Of a DNA stretch of 42,773 nucleotides, positions 25,241-39,644 are shown in pieces (the stretch's first letter is position 1; each line of letters begins with the position of its first letter). This DNA comes from Octopus sinensis (Eukaryota). Both the position numbers and the translations under genes were made by a program. The notes beneath the pieces are model-generated. The model did not search any database and was not told the origin of the DNA. It saw nothing but the letters and a program-made list of their open reading frames with translations. The stretch spans positions 1-42,773 of the forward strand of contig NW_021835142.1 in the NCBI RefSeq assembly GCF_006345805.1, read 5' to 3'.

Positions 25241-25789
25241 TGTATTTATGTATGTCTATATACTTGTAGTGGTAAAAGATGTAAGCCAATGAAAGTGATT
25301 ATGTAACCCTTGTTCTTTTGTCGTTCATTAACTGGTGTTTCGCTCTGTACTGACCTCATCATGCTTTATTGTAGAAGCATATTAAGTTCGGACAAATGGT
25401 TATTAGTATCTCTATTCCCAAAAGAAAACACAATTAATCACACACACACACACACGTCTGTCTTTGTAGCTGTTTGTCTAAGAGTATCTGTATGTGTGTG
25501 TTTGCTGTATGTGTCTATAGTAGATTTATTTGTGCAAGAATTTACCCTGTAACTACTCAGAGCGTTAGGTATGCGTGATCATTCAAAGAAATATCAGTAA
25601 TGAAGACGGCGAAGAGAATTGATCGCAGATCCTGGTTGTCATTGGTTTGCAAACGGCATGCACTGAGATTCCCTGCTCTCTATTTTCATTGATGAAAGCC
25701 AAACTAAGAGGACTAATGATATTGTCTGTCATGTCATACAATGTTATGTCAATCAAAGGAAAGTCGCCACCTTACCAACGCAACGAATG

Positions 25790-26260
25790 CAAACCTTTTT
25801 GTGTTTGAATCTTTCCGAAATTTTACTCTGTCATGACTACGATTCAAAATTCTATCCCTTCATTTCAGTGATCTCGTTCTTATTAGTGTACGAGGTTCAG
25901 TAGGCTTCTGTCTGTGTCGACATCTTCAACTTCACTGTCTTTAAATTTCCAGAGGTTATTAAGTATATAAACAGTATTTATTCTATTCTTGACTCGAAAG
26001 AGTAGGTGTTCTGGTTGAACCTTATCTTAAAGGAATGCTCTGTAAATCTAACATAGTTTCTATAATTTTCTTTCATAAGGAAAACTAGTGCTAAAGTAGC
26101 TCTGTATTTCGGCACATGAACTTGGCATGATCCAATTATTGGGAAGATGTAGAGGGTTTGTTTGATATACTGGTGGACGCAGAGCGAACAGTATTGGTGG
26201 GTTAAATGTTTTCAATAGTTTTGTGTTATTTACAAAGCAATAGTGTCTATGAATCAATTA
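25790..26260 (-). mobile_element. Decayed Penelope-like element GIY-YIG endonuclease region
   Basis: Minus-strand peptides across frameshifts: NNTKLLK...SSC, KYRATL.....ENYRNYVRFTEHSFKIRFNQNTYSF, NNLWKFKD, DRVKF. These fit the PLE pattern VY.ATV...YIG.TE..FK.R...H..SF...LS..IW.LKD. Confidence 0.7.
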
Positions 26261-26320
26261 CTAGTGTTCATGTTACCTTGATAAAAGCATGTAGAGAATT
26301 TTAAAGGTAAGTCGTATAAT

Positions 26321-26727
26321 AAGCGCAAGCGTGGCTGTGTAGTAAGAAGTTTTCTTCTCAACCACATGGTCCAGGTTCAATTCCATTACGTGGCACCTTC
26401 GGCAAGTGCCTTCTACAATAGCCTCGGGCTTATCAAAGCCTTGTAAGTGGATTTAGTAGACGGAAATTGAAAGAAGCCTGTCGTGTATATATATGTATGT
26501 GTGTGTGCGTGCCTGTGTGTGTTTGTGTGTCTTTGTGTGTGTTCCCCCATCACCGCCTGACAGCCGGTGTTGGCGTGTTTACGTTTCCGTAGCACCGGTT
26601 CGGCAAAAAAACTGATAGAATAGGTACAGGGCTTGAAAATAAGTCCTGGGATCGACCTGCTCGACTAAAATCCTCCAGGCGGTGTTCCAGTATGGCCGTA
26701 GTAAATGAATGATGCAAGTAAAAGAAT
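26321..26727 (+). mobile_element. CORE-type SINE (family B), older copy
   Basis: gtggctgtgtagtaag...gcaccttcggcaagtgcc...ggcggtgttccagtatggcc. Confidence 0.9.
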
Positions 26728-26765
26728 TCAAAAAATAAGGATAATAGCTTCAAATTCCGAAACAA

Positions 26766-26908
26766 AACTGGTACTTATTTTATCGATCCCAAAAAGATGA
26801 CAGGCAAAGTCAAGCCTCGTCGGAATTTGAACTCAGAACATGAAGACGGGCGAAATGCCGCAAAGAATTTTGCCCGGGGTGCTAACGATTCTGCCAGTTC
26901 ACCACCTT
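26766..26908 (-). mobile_element. SINE family A
   Basis: Reverse complement of head and core. Confidence 0.85.
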
Positions 26909-27300
26909 AAGACTAACCTAATATTTATTTCATTATTGCCCACAGTTTTATTTCGACGAGAAGGTTTTTTCCCCTCTTACCCAAAGGGTGTCATTATTTT
27001 CGTGACTTCTTGACACACCAAACATTTCGGCTGTTTTCGTTACGCTAGCGCCTACCAAAAGAGTACCAACAATTTGACCTCTTTGAAAGACAGATAGATC
27101 TGTCATTTTAATGAATTTTAATAACCATTTTCCAATGATATCTGAAAAGAAACAGCAATTTTAGCAGAACATATTAAGCGACACCAATAATAAATAAAAA
27201 AAACAGAAAAATAAACAAGCTTTTGACGGTTTTATAGATATTTCAAAATTATGATGCTGTTTCCTTTATCTTTTCCAACCTCTCTCTCTATATATATATA

Positions 27301-27405
27301 ACGGGAAGGTTTACGAAAATAAACAAAAGACGAAGGCAGGTGGAGTACAAACAAACAAATGTATTAGTATGGCGCTCAGGAATAGAAATAGAACAAGTCT
27401 TTTAC
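27301..27405. mobile_element. TA-embedded repeat fragment, possibly Penelope-like terminal
   Basis: Sits between (TA)n runs; ends aagtcttttac, similar to aagtcgtttac at 21808-21818. Confidence 0.35.
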
Positions 27406-27426
27406 ATATACATATATATATATATA

Positions 27427-27766
27427 AGGCGCATGGCTCAGTGGTTAGAGTGTCGAGCTTATGATCGTGAGGTTGTGAGCTCGAATCCCGGACCGGGCTG
27501 TGTGTTGTGTTCTCGAGCAAGGCACTTTATTTCACGTTGCTCCAGTTCACTCAGCTGTAGAAATGAGTTGCGACGTCACTGGTTCCAAGCTGTATCGACC
27601 TTTGTCTTTCCCTTGGATAACACTGGTGGCGTGGAAGGGGAGGTGGTATGCATGGGCAACTGCTGGCCTTCCATAAAAACAACCTTGCCCAGACTTGTGT
27701 CTAGGAGGGTAACTTTCTAGGTGTAATCCCATGGTCATTCATGACCGAAGGGGGTCTTTACCCTTT
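27427..27766 (+). mobile_element. tRNA-derived SINE, family D
   Basis: A box tggctcagtggttag, B box gagctcgaatccc, CORE-like gtgttctcgagcaaggcacttta. Confidence 0.85.
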
Positions 27767-27773
27767 TATATAT

Positions 27774-27976
27774 ACACAATATTTTATAATTACGAGTGTA
27801 ATTATAATTAGGGTTCAGCAAAAATTTGCTTTACCACATACCGAAGTTTAGAAATAGCAGCCAAAGAACCTTAGCTATTTCTTCTACTATGAGAAGAGAC
27901 TCCCGGACAAAAACGAAGTACTCGAAACAACACACGCAGACAGAGAGGGAAAATAACCAAAATCAATCGGTATTTG
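27774..27976. mobile_element. TA-embedded element related to the 18501 palindrome family
   Basis: Shares ttaggg...aaatagcagcca; internal hairpin gaaatagc/gctatttc. Confidence 0.5.
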
Positions 27977-28009
27977 ATATATATATTATATATATATATT
28001 TATTATATA

Positions 28010-28089
<80 letters not shown>

Positions 28090-28133
28090 GTATTGTATAT
28101 CATATATATATTATATATATATGTTATATATAT

Positions 28134-28166
<33 letters not shown>

Positions 28167-28664
28167 ATATTATATATATGTATATATATATATATATTAG
28201 GTATATATATAAATATGTATATGTATGTATATCATATATATATATATATACATAATATATGAATTTATGTCTGTGTGTGTGTATATAAGAAGGTATTAGC
28301 GTTATAAAATCACGCCTTTTTTTTTTAAATTCGACATTATAACATTGGGATTAGGTGTGAATGTGTTCCGTTCGTATCATTAACTACTTCTGCCTTTTCT
28401 GCTGCTTATTAAACGGTGTAGTATATACACTTAAAATCTCATGCATTCATATGCTCCAATACATAAATGCTTGTATGAGTGTGTATACACGCAGAAGAGG
28501 AACCGAGGAAGAGATGAAGAGAGACAGGTGAGGAGATATTACAGCATAGGCCCTGAAACATGGTGTTATAATGGTGAGAGTAAACTGGTTAATTTCTACA
28601 AAAGACAAACAAGATACAATATGCTATGATGAAAGAGAGTCTGTCCCATACATACATACATATA

Positions 28665-28724
<60 letters not shown>

Positions 28725-28908
28725 GTATGTATGTATGTTTGTGTGCATAGATATATATGCGTACATATGTTTATGCATGTATATATATAAGTATATAATA
28801 CATATATACATTTATATATGTATATGTACATATTTTATTTATACATACATACAATTTATATGTACATATGTATTTAAACATATCTACAGATACATATATA
28901 TGTATATG

Positions 28909-28945
<37 letters not shown>

Positions 28946-29020
28946 CATCTATATGAAGTTATATACACTCATATATATGTGTATATATATATATTCTTAT
29001 ATGTATATAGAGATATATAC
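27977..29020. repeat. (TA)n-rich fields
   Basis: Direct reading; unique spacer at about 28280-28640. Confidence 0.85.
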
Positions 29021-29504
29021 TTATGCAATCGCGCGCACTCTGTGTGTATAAGTAGGTGTTAGTATTAAATCGCCAGAACCTAATGGAATTTTAAAAATGT
29101 CCTTTTTCAAGTGAATATGTAATAAATGTTAGAAAATTGCAAAAATTTAAGACTTCGCTAAAAAATTTTAGCAAAGATGTTAACACTTCTTATTTGACTT
29201 TTATTGCTCTGTCATGTAAATACCTTTATACATCGTCACCTCTAATCCTCGCATTAATCGACATATATGCGAACGCAAGCACTAATATATGCGCTCGAAT
29301 AAATAAACACATGCGCATTCGCATGCTCATTTGATCATTAACACCTTATCAACTAAGAATTAAGTTGTACACAGTTATAAAATAATTTCCTTTCTCTAAT
29401 AAATAAGCATTTCCCTATCAACCACCGCTGCAGAAAATTGTTTACAACAAGTCGTTACCTCTGTACTTCTAGCATGAAGTTATTACAACGCGTTAACCAG
29501 TATG

Positions 29505-29734
29505 CAGTAATAGCTCGACTATCGCGGTGGTTATGTTCCAAAGCCTACTGCAATAGGTGAAAATCCGCGAAGTAGAAACAGTACTGTACTGTATATTTTT
29601 TATCTTTATAATTTTATACATTCATTTTGTTGTAAATGCAAAACAACACCACGGTGGAATCGACGTAAGCTTAAATAATAAACCGCGATAGGTGAACCAC
29701 GATAGGTGAACCGCGATATGGCGAGTGATAACTG
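29505..29734. mobile_element. Tigger/pogo-like (Tc1-mariner superfamily) MITE
   Basis: Left end cagtaatagctcgactatcgcgg; reverse complement of right end cagttatcactcgccatatcgcgg; Tigger-like gttcc...aaaatccgcg and subterminal accgcgataggtga repeats. Confidence 0.7.
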
Positions 29735-30337
29735 AATATAGGTTTGCTGAAGTACGCATGCAGAAGCGCATAATTACGGCCCCTAATAAGTTATGTAATG
29801 CTAGAACTACTGCGTATAAAGCATACTTACCTCTACTAAAACGAAACCTAATATGGTACGCAAACTCTATGTTAGTTAAATTTGAGCAGCGTTGCTTCAA
29901 TCATACATATTCAAAGATATACAAGAAAACAACTTAATCAAATTATATATGGAATTTGGAAAAACTTAATCAGGAACACAACACTGATTTTGTAATCAAG
30001 TGCAAGATCCATGAATGATGCAGATCATATAGAAATTCAATAAAAAGCAGCTTGACGTGTACCTGGAAGCGACTCACGAAATACTATTAGCAATTCTGCA
30101 AATTATCTCAATACAAGATCAGAGCGATATACGAAATGTTATCACGTTGATAAGTAATTGCTAACGTACCGAAAGTTCACAACACACCCTGATTAAATAT
30201 ACCAACACCGAATCCCAATATACTCCTTTTAAGCTTCATTCCCTCTGATATGCTTCTATACTTTTTGGATTGTTATCTAAAGTTACATATTTATTGGCCT
30301 TTCCGAACTAAAACCTATATAACTCTTTACACTTTCA

Positions 30338-30738
30338 CTCTTTTATTTGTTTCAGTCATTTGACTGCGGCCATGCTGGAGCACCGCCTTTAGTCGAGCAA
30401 ATCGACCCCGGGACTTATTCTCTGTAAGCCCAGTACATATTCTATCGGTCTCTTTTGCCGAACCGCTAAGTGACGGGGACATAAACACACCAGCATCGGT
30501 TGTCAAGCGATGCTAGGGGGACAAACACAGACACACAAACATACACATACACACATATATATATACATATATACGACAGGCTTCTTTCAGTTTCCGTCTA
30601 CCAAATTCACTCACAAGGCATTGGTCGGCCCGGGGCTATAGCAGATGACACTTGCCCAAGATGCCACGCAGTGGGACTGAACCCGGAACCATGTGGTTGG
30701 TTAGCAAGCTACTTACCACACAGCCACTCCCGCGCCTA
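30338..30738 (-). mobile_element. Full-length CORE-type SINE (family B)
   Basis: Reverse complement about 93% identical by eye to 19950-20350. Confidence 0.92.
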
Positions 30739-30944
30739 TATCTACATAACTGTCTACATTTCCTTAAAAATTTCCATTTCACATTCTGTCTTTTTCACTA
30801 TTTTTTAAATTCTTATTTCCTTATTAAAATTTTCCGTCTATATATTTATATCGATATCATCCTAAACAAACAGACCGGGTTGACACAGTTGTCCCATGTG
30901 TTTGTACGCAATGCATTTTGATGCAACAGGATATGGAATCCAGT

Positions 30945-31054
30945 AGGCGGGGAGCTGGCAGAAACGTTAGCACGCCGGGCGAAATGCTTAGCAGTATTTC
31001 GTCTGCCGCTACGTTCTGAGTTCAAATTCCGCCGAGGTCGACTTTGCCTTTCAT
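30945..31054 (+). mobile_element. SINE family A, 5' half (young-looking, truncated)
   Basis: aggcggggagctggcagaaacgttagcacgccgggcgaaatgc...gagttcaaattccgccgaggtcgactttgcctttcat. Confidence 0.9.
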
Positions 31055-31503
31055 GGGTAGTAAAAGATGTCTTCTGGGGCTAAATTACAGCAACATACGT
31101 CCTAAACCGGAGTTGAACGTGTTTACTGGAACGCTCTCTTCACGTTCATTGGAACATTCTCTTCTACAATTCTTAAACCATTTAAAGAACTACAAATTTG
31201 TTCGATATAAAAGATACCCCAAAACATGGAGGATTTAAATATCTTGAACTATGCGAATCAGAACTTCCAGAAATAGTTTCTAATATACAAGCAACATGTA
31301 TCAACACAAGAACAAAGTGGAATATAAATTTGGTACCAAGAAATACCAACAGAAAATGCATCTACGCTCGCTATAAAAGAAAAGAATTAAACTTTGGTTG
31401 GAACTTCAGTGGAAGTAAGAGCTAGTAACTTTATGAAACAATGAATCAAAATATTGGTAGAGCGGAATATTAGTGAATGTAAAGCGTTTCCAAACTATAA
31501 TGT

Positions 31504-31651
31504 GGTGAGCTGGCAGAATGGTGAAGTCGACTTTGCATTTCATCCTTTCAGGGTCGATAAAATAAGTACCATTCCAGTACTGGGATCGATATAATCGATT
31601 TGCCCTCCTCCTCCGGAATTGCTGGCCTTGTGCAAAAATTTGAAACCAATA
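31504..31651 (+). mobile_element. SINE family A (internally deleted)
   Basis: ggtgagctggcagaat...gtcgactttgcatttcatcctttcagggtcgataaaataagtacc. Confidence 0.8.
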
Positions 31652-32357
31652 TGCAATATATCTATGAAACATTGGAATGTAATTTTTGTGGAAAAGAATA
31701 TCAGTGGAGCTAACAACTTCTGCGACGTCTATAAGACAATGGAATATGTCTTTGGGAGAAAGAAATATCAACTGACGTAACATTTACTAATTCTAGACTA
31801 CAATGGAATATAATTGTATATATATATATATATATGCAATTGTTTTCGTTCCAGCACACGATCTCAGATCAGGTCACTTGCTATGCATGTACATCTCCGT
31901 AAATGGAATATAAATTTTCTAGAAAGATTTACCAATAGGAATAACATCGACCAACTGTCCGCTCTTGGGAGAGGTGAATAGCAGATCTTCAGAGAAGGAT
32001 CCCCCACCGCTCATGTAAACGTTTCGGTTCTTACGTTCTTACACTCTGAGAGCGACGGAGCGCATCAGGTTCTAACTTCTGGGTACTTCTTTGGTACCGC
32101 ATTGTGCGCCATTGTCTGTATTGTAACTCTACTGGCTGTTAAAAGTGCTCCAGATCCAAGGTACTTTGGCATTGAAACCAATTCTTTCGAACCGTCAGAG
32201 CGAATGGATCTTTGGAAAAACTAAATATGAAATGTTGCGCCTGTTATCAACTCTTTTAGAAAATTACGTTTTGTACTTCTGAAAATACAATTATCAGCAT
32301 TCTTACCGCTACCAGTAAATTCATCATCACCATCGTTACCACCAGCATCATCAGTAG

Positions 32358-32743
32358 AGGCGCAATGGCCCAGTAGTTAGGGCAGCGGACTCGCGGTCGG
32401 AGGATCGCGGTTTCGATTCCCGAGACCGGGCGTTGTGTGTGTTTATTGAGCGAAAACACCTAAAGCTCCACGAGGCTCCGGCAGGGAGTGGTGGCGACCC
32501 CTGTTGTACTCTTTCACCCCAACTTTCTCGCACTCTTACTTCCTGTTCCTTGTCCCCGACTTCCTACGCAACTGCTGAACCTGGATGCACATTCATCCAT
32601 CCGTTGATGCTCTTGGTGTCGGGGGTTGACCTGCTTTCTCTTCTGCGGGTATTACGAATAGCAAAGGACCACGATTCGGTCTTCTCCCATCTTGCGAGCT
32701 CTGGGAAGAAGACCGCTTCGCTCAACAGCAACAGCAACAGCAA
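32358..32743 (+). mobile_element. Full-length tRNA-derived SINE, family C, with (CAGCAA)n tail
   Basis: A box tggcccagtagttagg, B box ggtttcgattccc, body shared with 21540, tail shared with 5101. Confidence 0.9.
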
Positions 32744-33164
32744 CCATCATCATCATCATCATCATCATCACATGTTCTATAATAACCAATACAGCTGCTG
32801 TCAATGTTATTACCACGACAAGCAAAGTTTGCATCTACCGCTGGAACCAATACGCCATCTGTCTCAGCGCCACTGGAACCCATATTTCAACCCATCGCAA
32901 CGGCACCGGAAACACCAAACACAATGGCGCCATGATAAATCTCCAACAACTTCACCCGCAGTGGCGGCACCAGCGGTTTCACCAGCGCTCAACAACCACC
33001 AGCACCACCACCGCCACCACCAACACCATCAACAACAACAGCAGCAGCACTATCATCGCCCGCCGCCGCCGCCGCCGACACCGTCGGTGCCGATTGTCGA
33101 ACTGTCAAAACCAATAAACGCCAAAGATTGTTCCAAAAACCGTTGCTGAACGCTTTTATGTCAT

Positions 33165-33307
33165 GTCACGATGTATGAATGTACGTAAATATGTACGTAT
33201 GTTTGTATGTATGTATGTATGTATGTATGTATGTATGTATGTATGTATGTATGTGTGTGTGTATGTATGTATGTATGTATGTATGAGTGTCTATGTATGT
33301 ATGTACG

Positions 33308-33341
<34 letters not shown>

Positions 33342-34190
33342 TGTGTGTCTGTGTGTCTATGTATGTATGTATGTATGTTTGTATGTATTTATGCATGTAT
33401 GCATGTATGTACGTAAATATGTATGTATGTATGTGTGTCTATGTATGTATGTATGCATGTATGTATGTATGTATGTATCTATCTATCTATGTATGTGTGT
33501 CTATGTATGTATGTATGTACGTACGTATGCTTGTTATCACTTATATATATATGTATGTATGCATGTATGTATGTATGTGTATGTATGCATGTTTGTAAGC
33601 GTGCATGTGTGCATATGAATGTATGTAAATGTGTGTATATGTATGTACGCATATATGTTTGAATGTATCTACGCATGTTCGTGTAAGTACGCATATATGT
33701 GTGTACGTGTGTGTGTATGTATATCGATGCGTATATGTGTGTCTATGTGTTTGTGTATGAATATAAGTAGGTATGTATGTGCGTATATGTATGCGTGCTT
33801 GCACAGATATGTGAGTATCTATATACCCAACTTATCTTTCATACACACACACACATACACAAACACACATATCCTGATATATATGCATTTATGCATGTAT
33901 ACATACATAAATACATATACAAACATATTAATAATGTATATGCATACATACTTATACAACGCTTTATTCCTCCATACACACACATACACAAAAACAGACG
34001 CATACACGCATATATGATATATACACTCATTTATGCACACACCTAAACATACGTACACACATACGCCCACACACACAAATATATCTATGTGCGTAACGTC
34101 TGTGTGTATGTGTATGTGTGCGCATATGTGTACATGCGTGCGTGTGTGTTTGTGTGTGTATGTGTGTGATTGCGCATGTGTGCGAGTGTG
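33165..34190. repeat. (TATG)n and degenerate TG/TA field
   Basis: Direct reading. Confidence 0.9.
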
Positions 34191-34668
34191 TGACTTCTCA
34201 CATACTTAAGTTAAATTTAATTTCTCTTTTGAAAAGTTTGTTTCTTTTATTTTATTTAAATTTTATTTATTTTAATTATGTATTTTCTTTATATTTTTTT
34301 TGTTTGTTTTTGGCATTGCAGAAGAACTTTATTTCTGTTCCCTAGTTTTGTGTTGTTTTCCTAATTTTCATTTGTTTCTCAAATATCTTTTTATGCCATA
34401 TGTGTGTATGTGTGTGTGTGGCGGTGGAAGTGTGTGTGTGAATGTGGAAATGCGTGTGTACGTGTATGTGCGCGTGGTTTTATATTTGTATTACGTTAGG
34501 GGTGTGTATCCGAGTGCTTGTATATTATAATTCGACTGCACCTGTCATCTTTTAGAGTCGATAAAATAAGTAACTTATGCCTTTAGTAGAAAGGATTATA
34601 ATTATTATTATTATTATTGTTGTTGTTGTTGTTGTTGTTGTTGTTATCATTATTATTATTATTATTAC

Positions 34669-34855
34669 AGGTGGCGAGCTGGCAGAATCGTTAGCACGCT
34701 TAACGAAATGCTTAGAGTTCAAATTCCGCAGAGGTCGACTTTGGCTTTCATCCTTTCGGGATCGATAAATTAAATACCAGTTGCGTACTGGGGTCTATGT
34801 AATCGATTCGTCCTTTCTCCCCAAATTGCTGCCCTTGTCTCAAAATTTGAAACAA
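34669..34855 (+). mobile_element. SINE family A
   Basis: aggtggcgagctggcagaatcgttagcacg...ggtcgactttggctttcatcctttcgggatcgataaa. Confidence 0.85.
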
Positions 34856-34916
34856 TTATTATTATGTACATTATTTACATTATTTACATTCGAACCTGGG
34901 TTCTCATTCGATGTTG

Positions 34917-34954
<38 letters not shown>

Positions 34955-35686
34955 GAGTGAGAGAGCAGTGCATGCTATCAAAATGACACTGGGGTAAAAT
35001 ATACGAAGCCCAGTATATCCATCTGATAAGGCGGTGAGCCGGCAGAAACGTTAGCACGCCGGGCAAAATGCTCAGCGGTATTTCGCTGTCACTACGTTCT
35101 GAGTTCAAATCCCGCCGAGGTCGACTTTGCCTTTCATCCTTTCGGGGTCGATTAAATAAGTGCCAGATACGCACTGGGGTCGATATAATCGCCTTAATCC
35201 GTCTGTCTGTCCTTGTTTGTCTTCCCTGTGTTTAGCCCCTTGTGGATAGTAAAGAAATAGGTACACTAGGCACATGCATCACAACCATATGTGCGCGACA
35301 TGATGATCCTATATCAAGATAAACAGCACGTGACCTTGCAGGTGGGGCCCAGTTAGAATTTTCTTCTAGTCGAGTAACCCATCCCGTCCAAATGTCCCTG
35401 AATAAGGGTTGTTTAAGGATGTTGAACGAAACACCCATGTTTCCAGAGGTGAATTATTGGCTATGATGTTCCCCTACTACTTCTGCTCGTGATCGTATCG
35501 TCAGCCACTAAGGGACATGCTCAACTGGTTAAGGTCAAACAACTAACAAGCAAATCTGTGGTATTGAGCAGAATATTTGCTGTAAAATCCATCTTTTATA
35601 CCAAGACAAAACAATGTACATGATAACAGTTCCAATCAGTTAAGATCAGAAGCCATGAGAGTCACTGCCTATTACTGCATCAGGGC

Positions 35687-35690
<4 letters not shown>
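34955..35690. mobile_element. ~550-bp unclassified element interrupted by a nested SINE
   Basis: Same ends as 10844-11401 (gagtgagagagcag...cagggcattt). Confidence 0.9.
35030..35261 (+). mobile_element. SINE family A, long-tail subfamily, nested in the 550-bp element
   Basis: Splits ctgataag|ggtacac; ends ttagccccttgtggatagtaaagaaatagg. Confidence 0.9.
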
Positions 35691-38298
<2,608 letters not shown>

Positions 38299-38300
38299 GA

Positions 38301-38410
38301 GGACGCATGGCGTAGTGATTAGGGTATTGCACTCACAGTTGCGTGGTCGTGGTTTCAGTTCCCAGACCGGGTGGTGCGTTGTGTTCTTGAGCAAAGCACT
38401 TCATCTCACG
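38301..38410 (+). mobile_element. tRNA-derived SINE head (family D-like)
   Basis: tggcgtagtgattagg...ggtttcagttccc...gttgtgttcttgagcaaagcactt. Confidence 0.75.
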
Positions 38411-39370
38411 TGTGTGATTAAAGTGGAGGATAAAAATCAATTGAGCCAGTGACTCTACAGACATTTTAATGACTGGCGGCACGAAGCGCAGGTTTTCTAC
38501 AACAAGCTCAAAGACAAGTAAAACCTTTACGTAACCTTTTGCTTATTGTCTTCCCTTATCGTCAGTGACCAGTGTTAAAGCTAGAATACATCCTAAACCT
38601 ATTTCTTTATTACCCACAAGGGGCTTAACACAGAGGGGACAAACAAGGACAGATATAGGTATTAAGTAGATTACATCGACCCCAGTGCGTAACTGGTACT
38701 TAATTAATCGACCCAGAAAGGATGAAAGGAAAAGTCGACCTCGGCGGAATTTGAACTCAGAACGTAACGGCAGAGGAAATACCGCAAAGCACTTCGCCCG
38801 GCGTGCTAACAAGTCTGCCAGCTCGCCGCCTTTCCTATACCTATTTCTTTATTACCCACAAGGGGCTGAACACAGAGGGGACAAACAAGGACAGACATAG
38901 GTATTAAGTCGATTACATCGACCCCAGTGCGTAACTGGTACTTAATTTATCGACCCCGAAAGGATGAAGCTTCGTGATATACCAAGAATGTGTGTGTGTA
39001 AAGGAGTAGAAAGTTCAAATGAATGTTTGCACACAAACTTGAAAGAATGATGAGAATATGTTAGAGTATAGCGAACTGGTGACAGATGGTTGCAGTTATT
39101 CCTGGGTACTTGACAAAAGTTGAACGTTTAGTTGACTGAAAAACTGAGGAAAGAAAAGGAAATTGAAAACGGTAGAAAGCGAACGGCGTTTGTGAATTCT
39201 TCAACCCCGGCAGCAATTTAGAAATGGTCACGTGCTTTGGGTGTTTTCATAATTTTTTTTTTTTTGTTTTGGTTCTTTGTAGGAAAATTTGAATTAAGAA
39301 TTTGTATAAAAGTAAATTTGAAAATAAAATAACGGGAAACGGAATTAAATGTTAAAAACTGTGAAAGGAG
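38411..39370. repeat. Left arm of an inverted duplication (interrupted by SINEs at 38601-38968)
   Basis: Reverse complement aligns to 42105-42750. Confidence 0.9.
38601..38968 (-). mobile_element. Two tandem family A long-tail SINEs (38601-38832 full length; 38843-38968 5'-truncated)
   Basis: Each begins on the plus strand with atttctttattacccacaagggg; separated by a target duplication tcctaaacct/tcctatacct. Confidence 0.9.
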
Positions 39371-39422
39371 GATAGGTAGAATGTACGTGAAAAGATAATA
39401 TTTAAAAATTGATTTAAAGAAT

Positions 39423-39464
<42 letters not shown>

Positions 39465-39577
39465 GCACATACGTATATATGTATTTGTATATATATAAAT
39501 ATATATATATGTGTGTGTATGTGTGTGTGTATACATACACATATATACATATATGCACTCATACATATCTATATTTG

Positions 39578-39636
<59 letters not shown>

Positions 39637-39644
39637 GTTTTTGT

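Noticed and set aside
30010-30270. Possible CR1-type RT remnant on the plus strand
   Set aside because: Only a faint resemblance (IQ*KAA*RVP); too degraded to call by eye
32433-33149. 238-aa ORF, the longest in the track, with His/Gln/Pro runs
   Set aside because: Chimeric read-through of SINE family C into CAT/CAA/CCG repeats; starts at GTG within the SINE
39047-39147. C/D-box snoRNA in the conserved core (ATGATGA at 39047; CTGA at 39136 and 39144)
   Set aside because: No terminal stem, and no rRNA-complementary guide that I could place correctly before a D box; snoscan or snoReport would settle it
39144-39200. Hammerhead ribozyme in the core (CTGAGGA...GAAA)
   Set aside because: Stem II is negligible, stem I is absent and the cleavage triplet would be UUU
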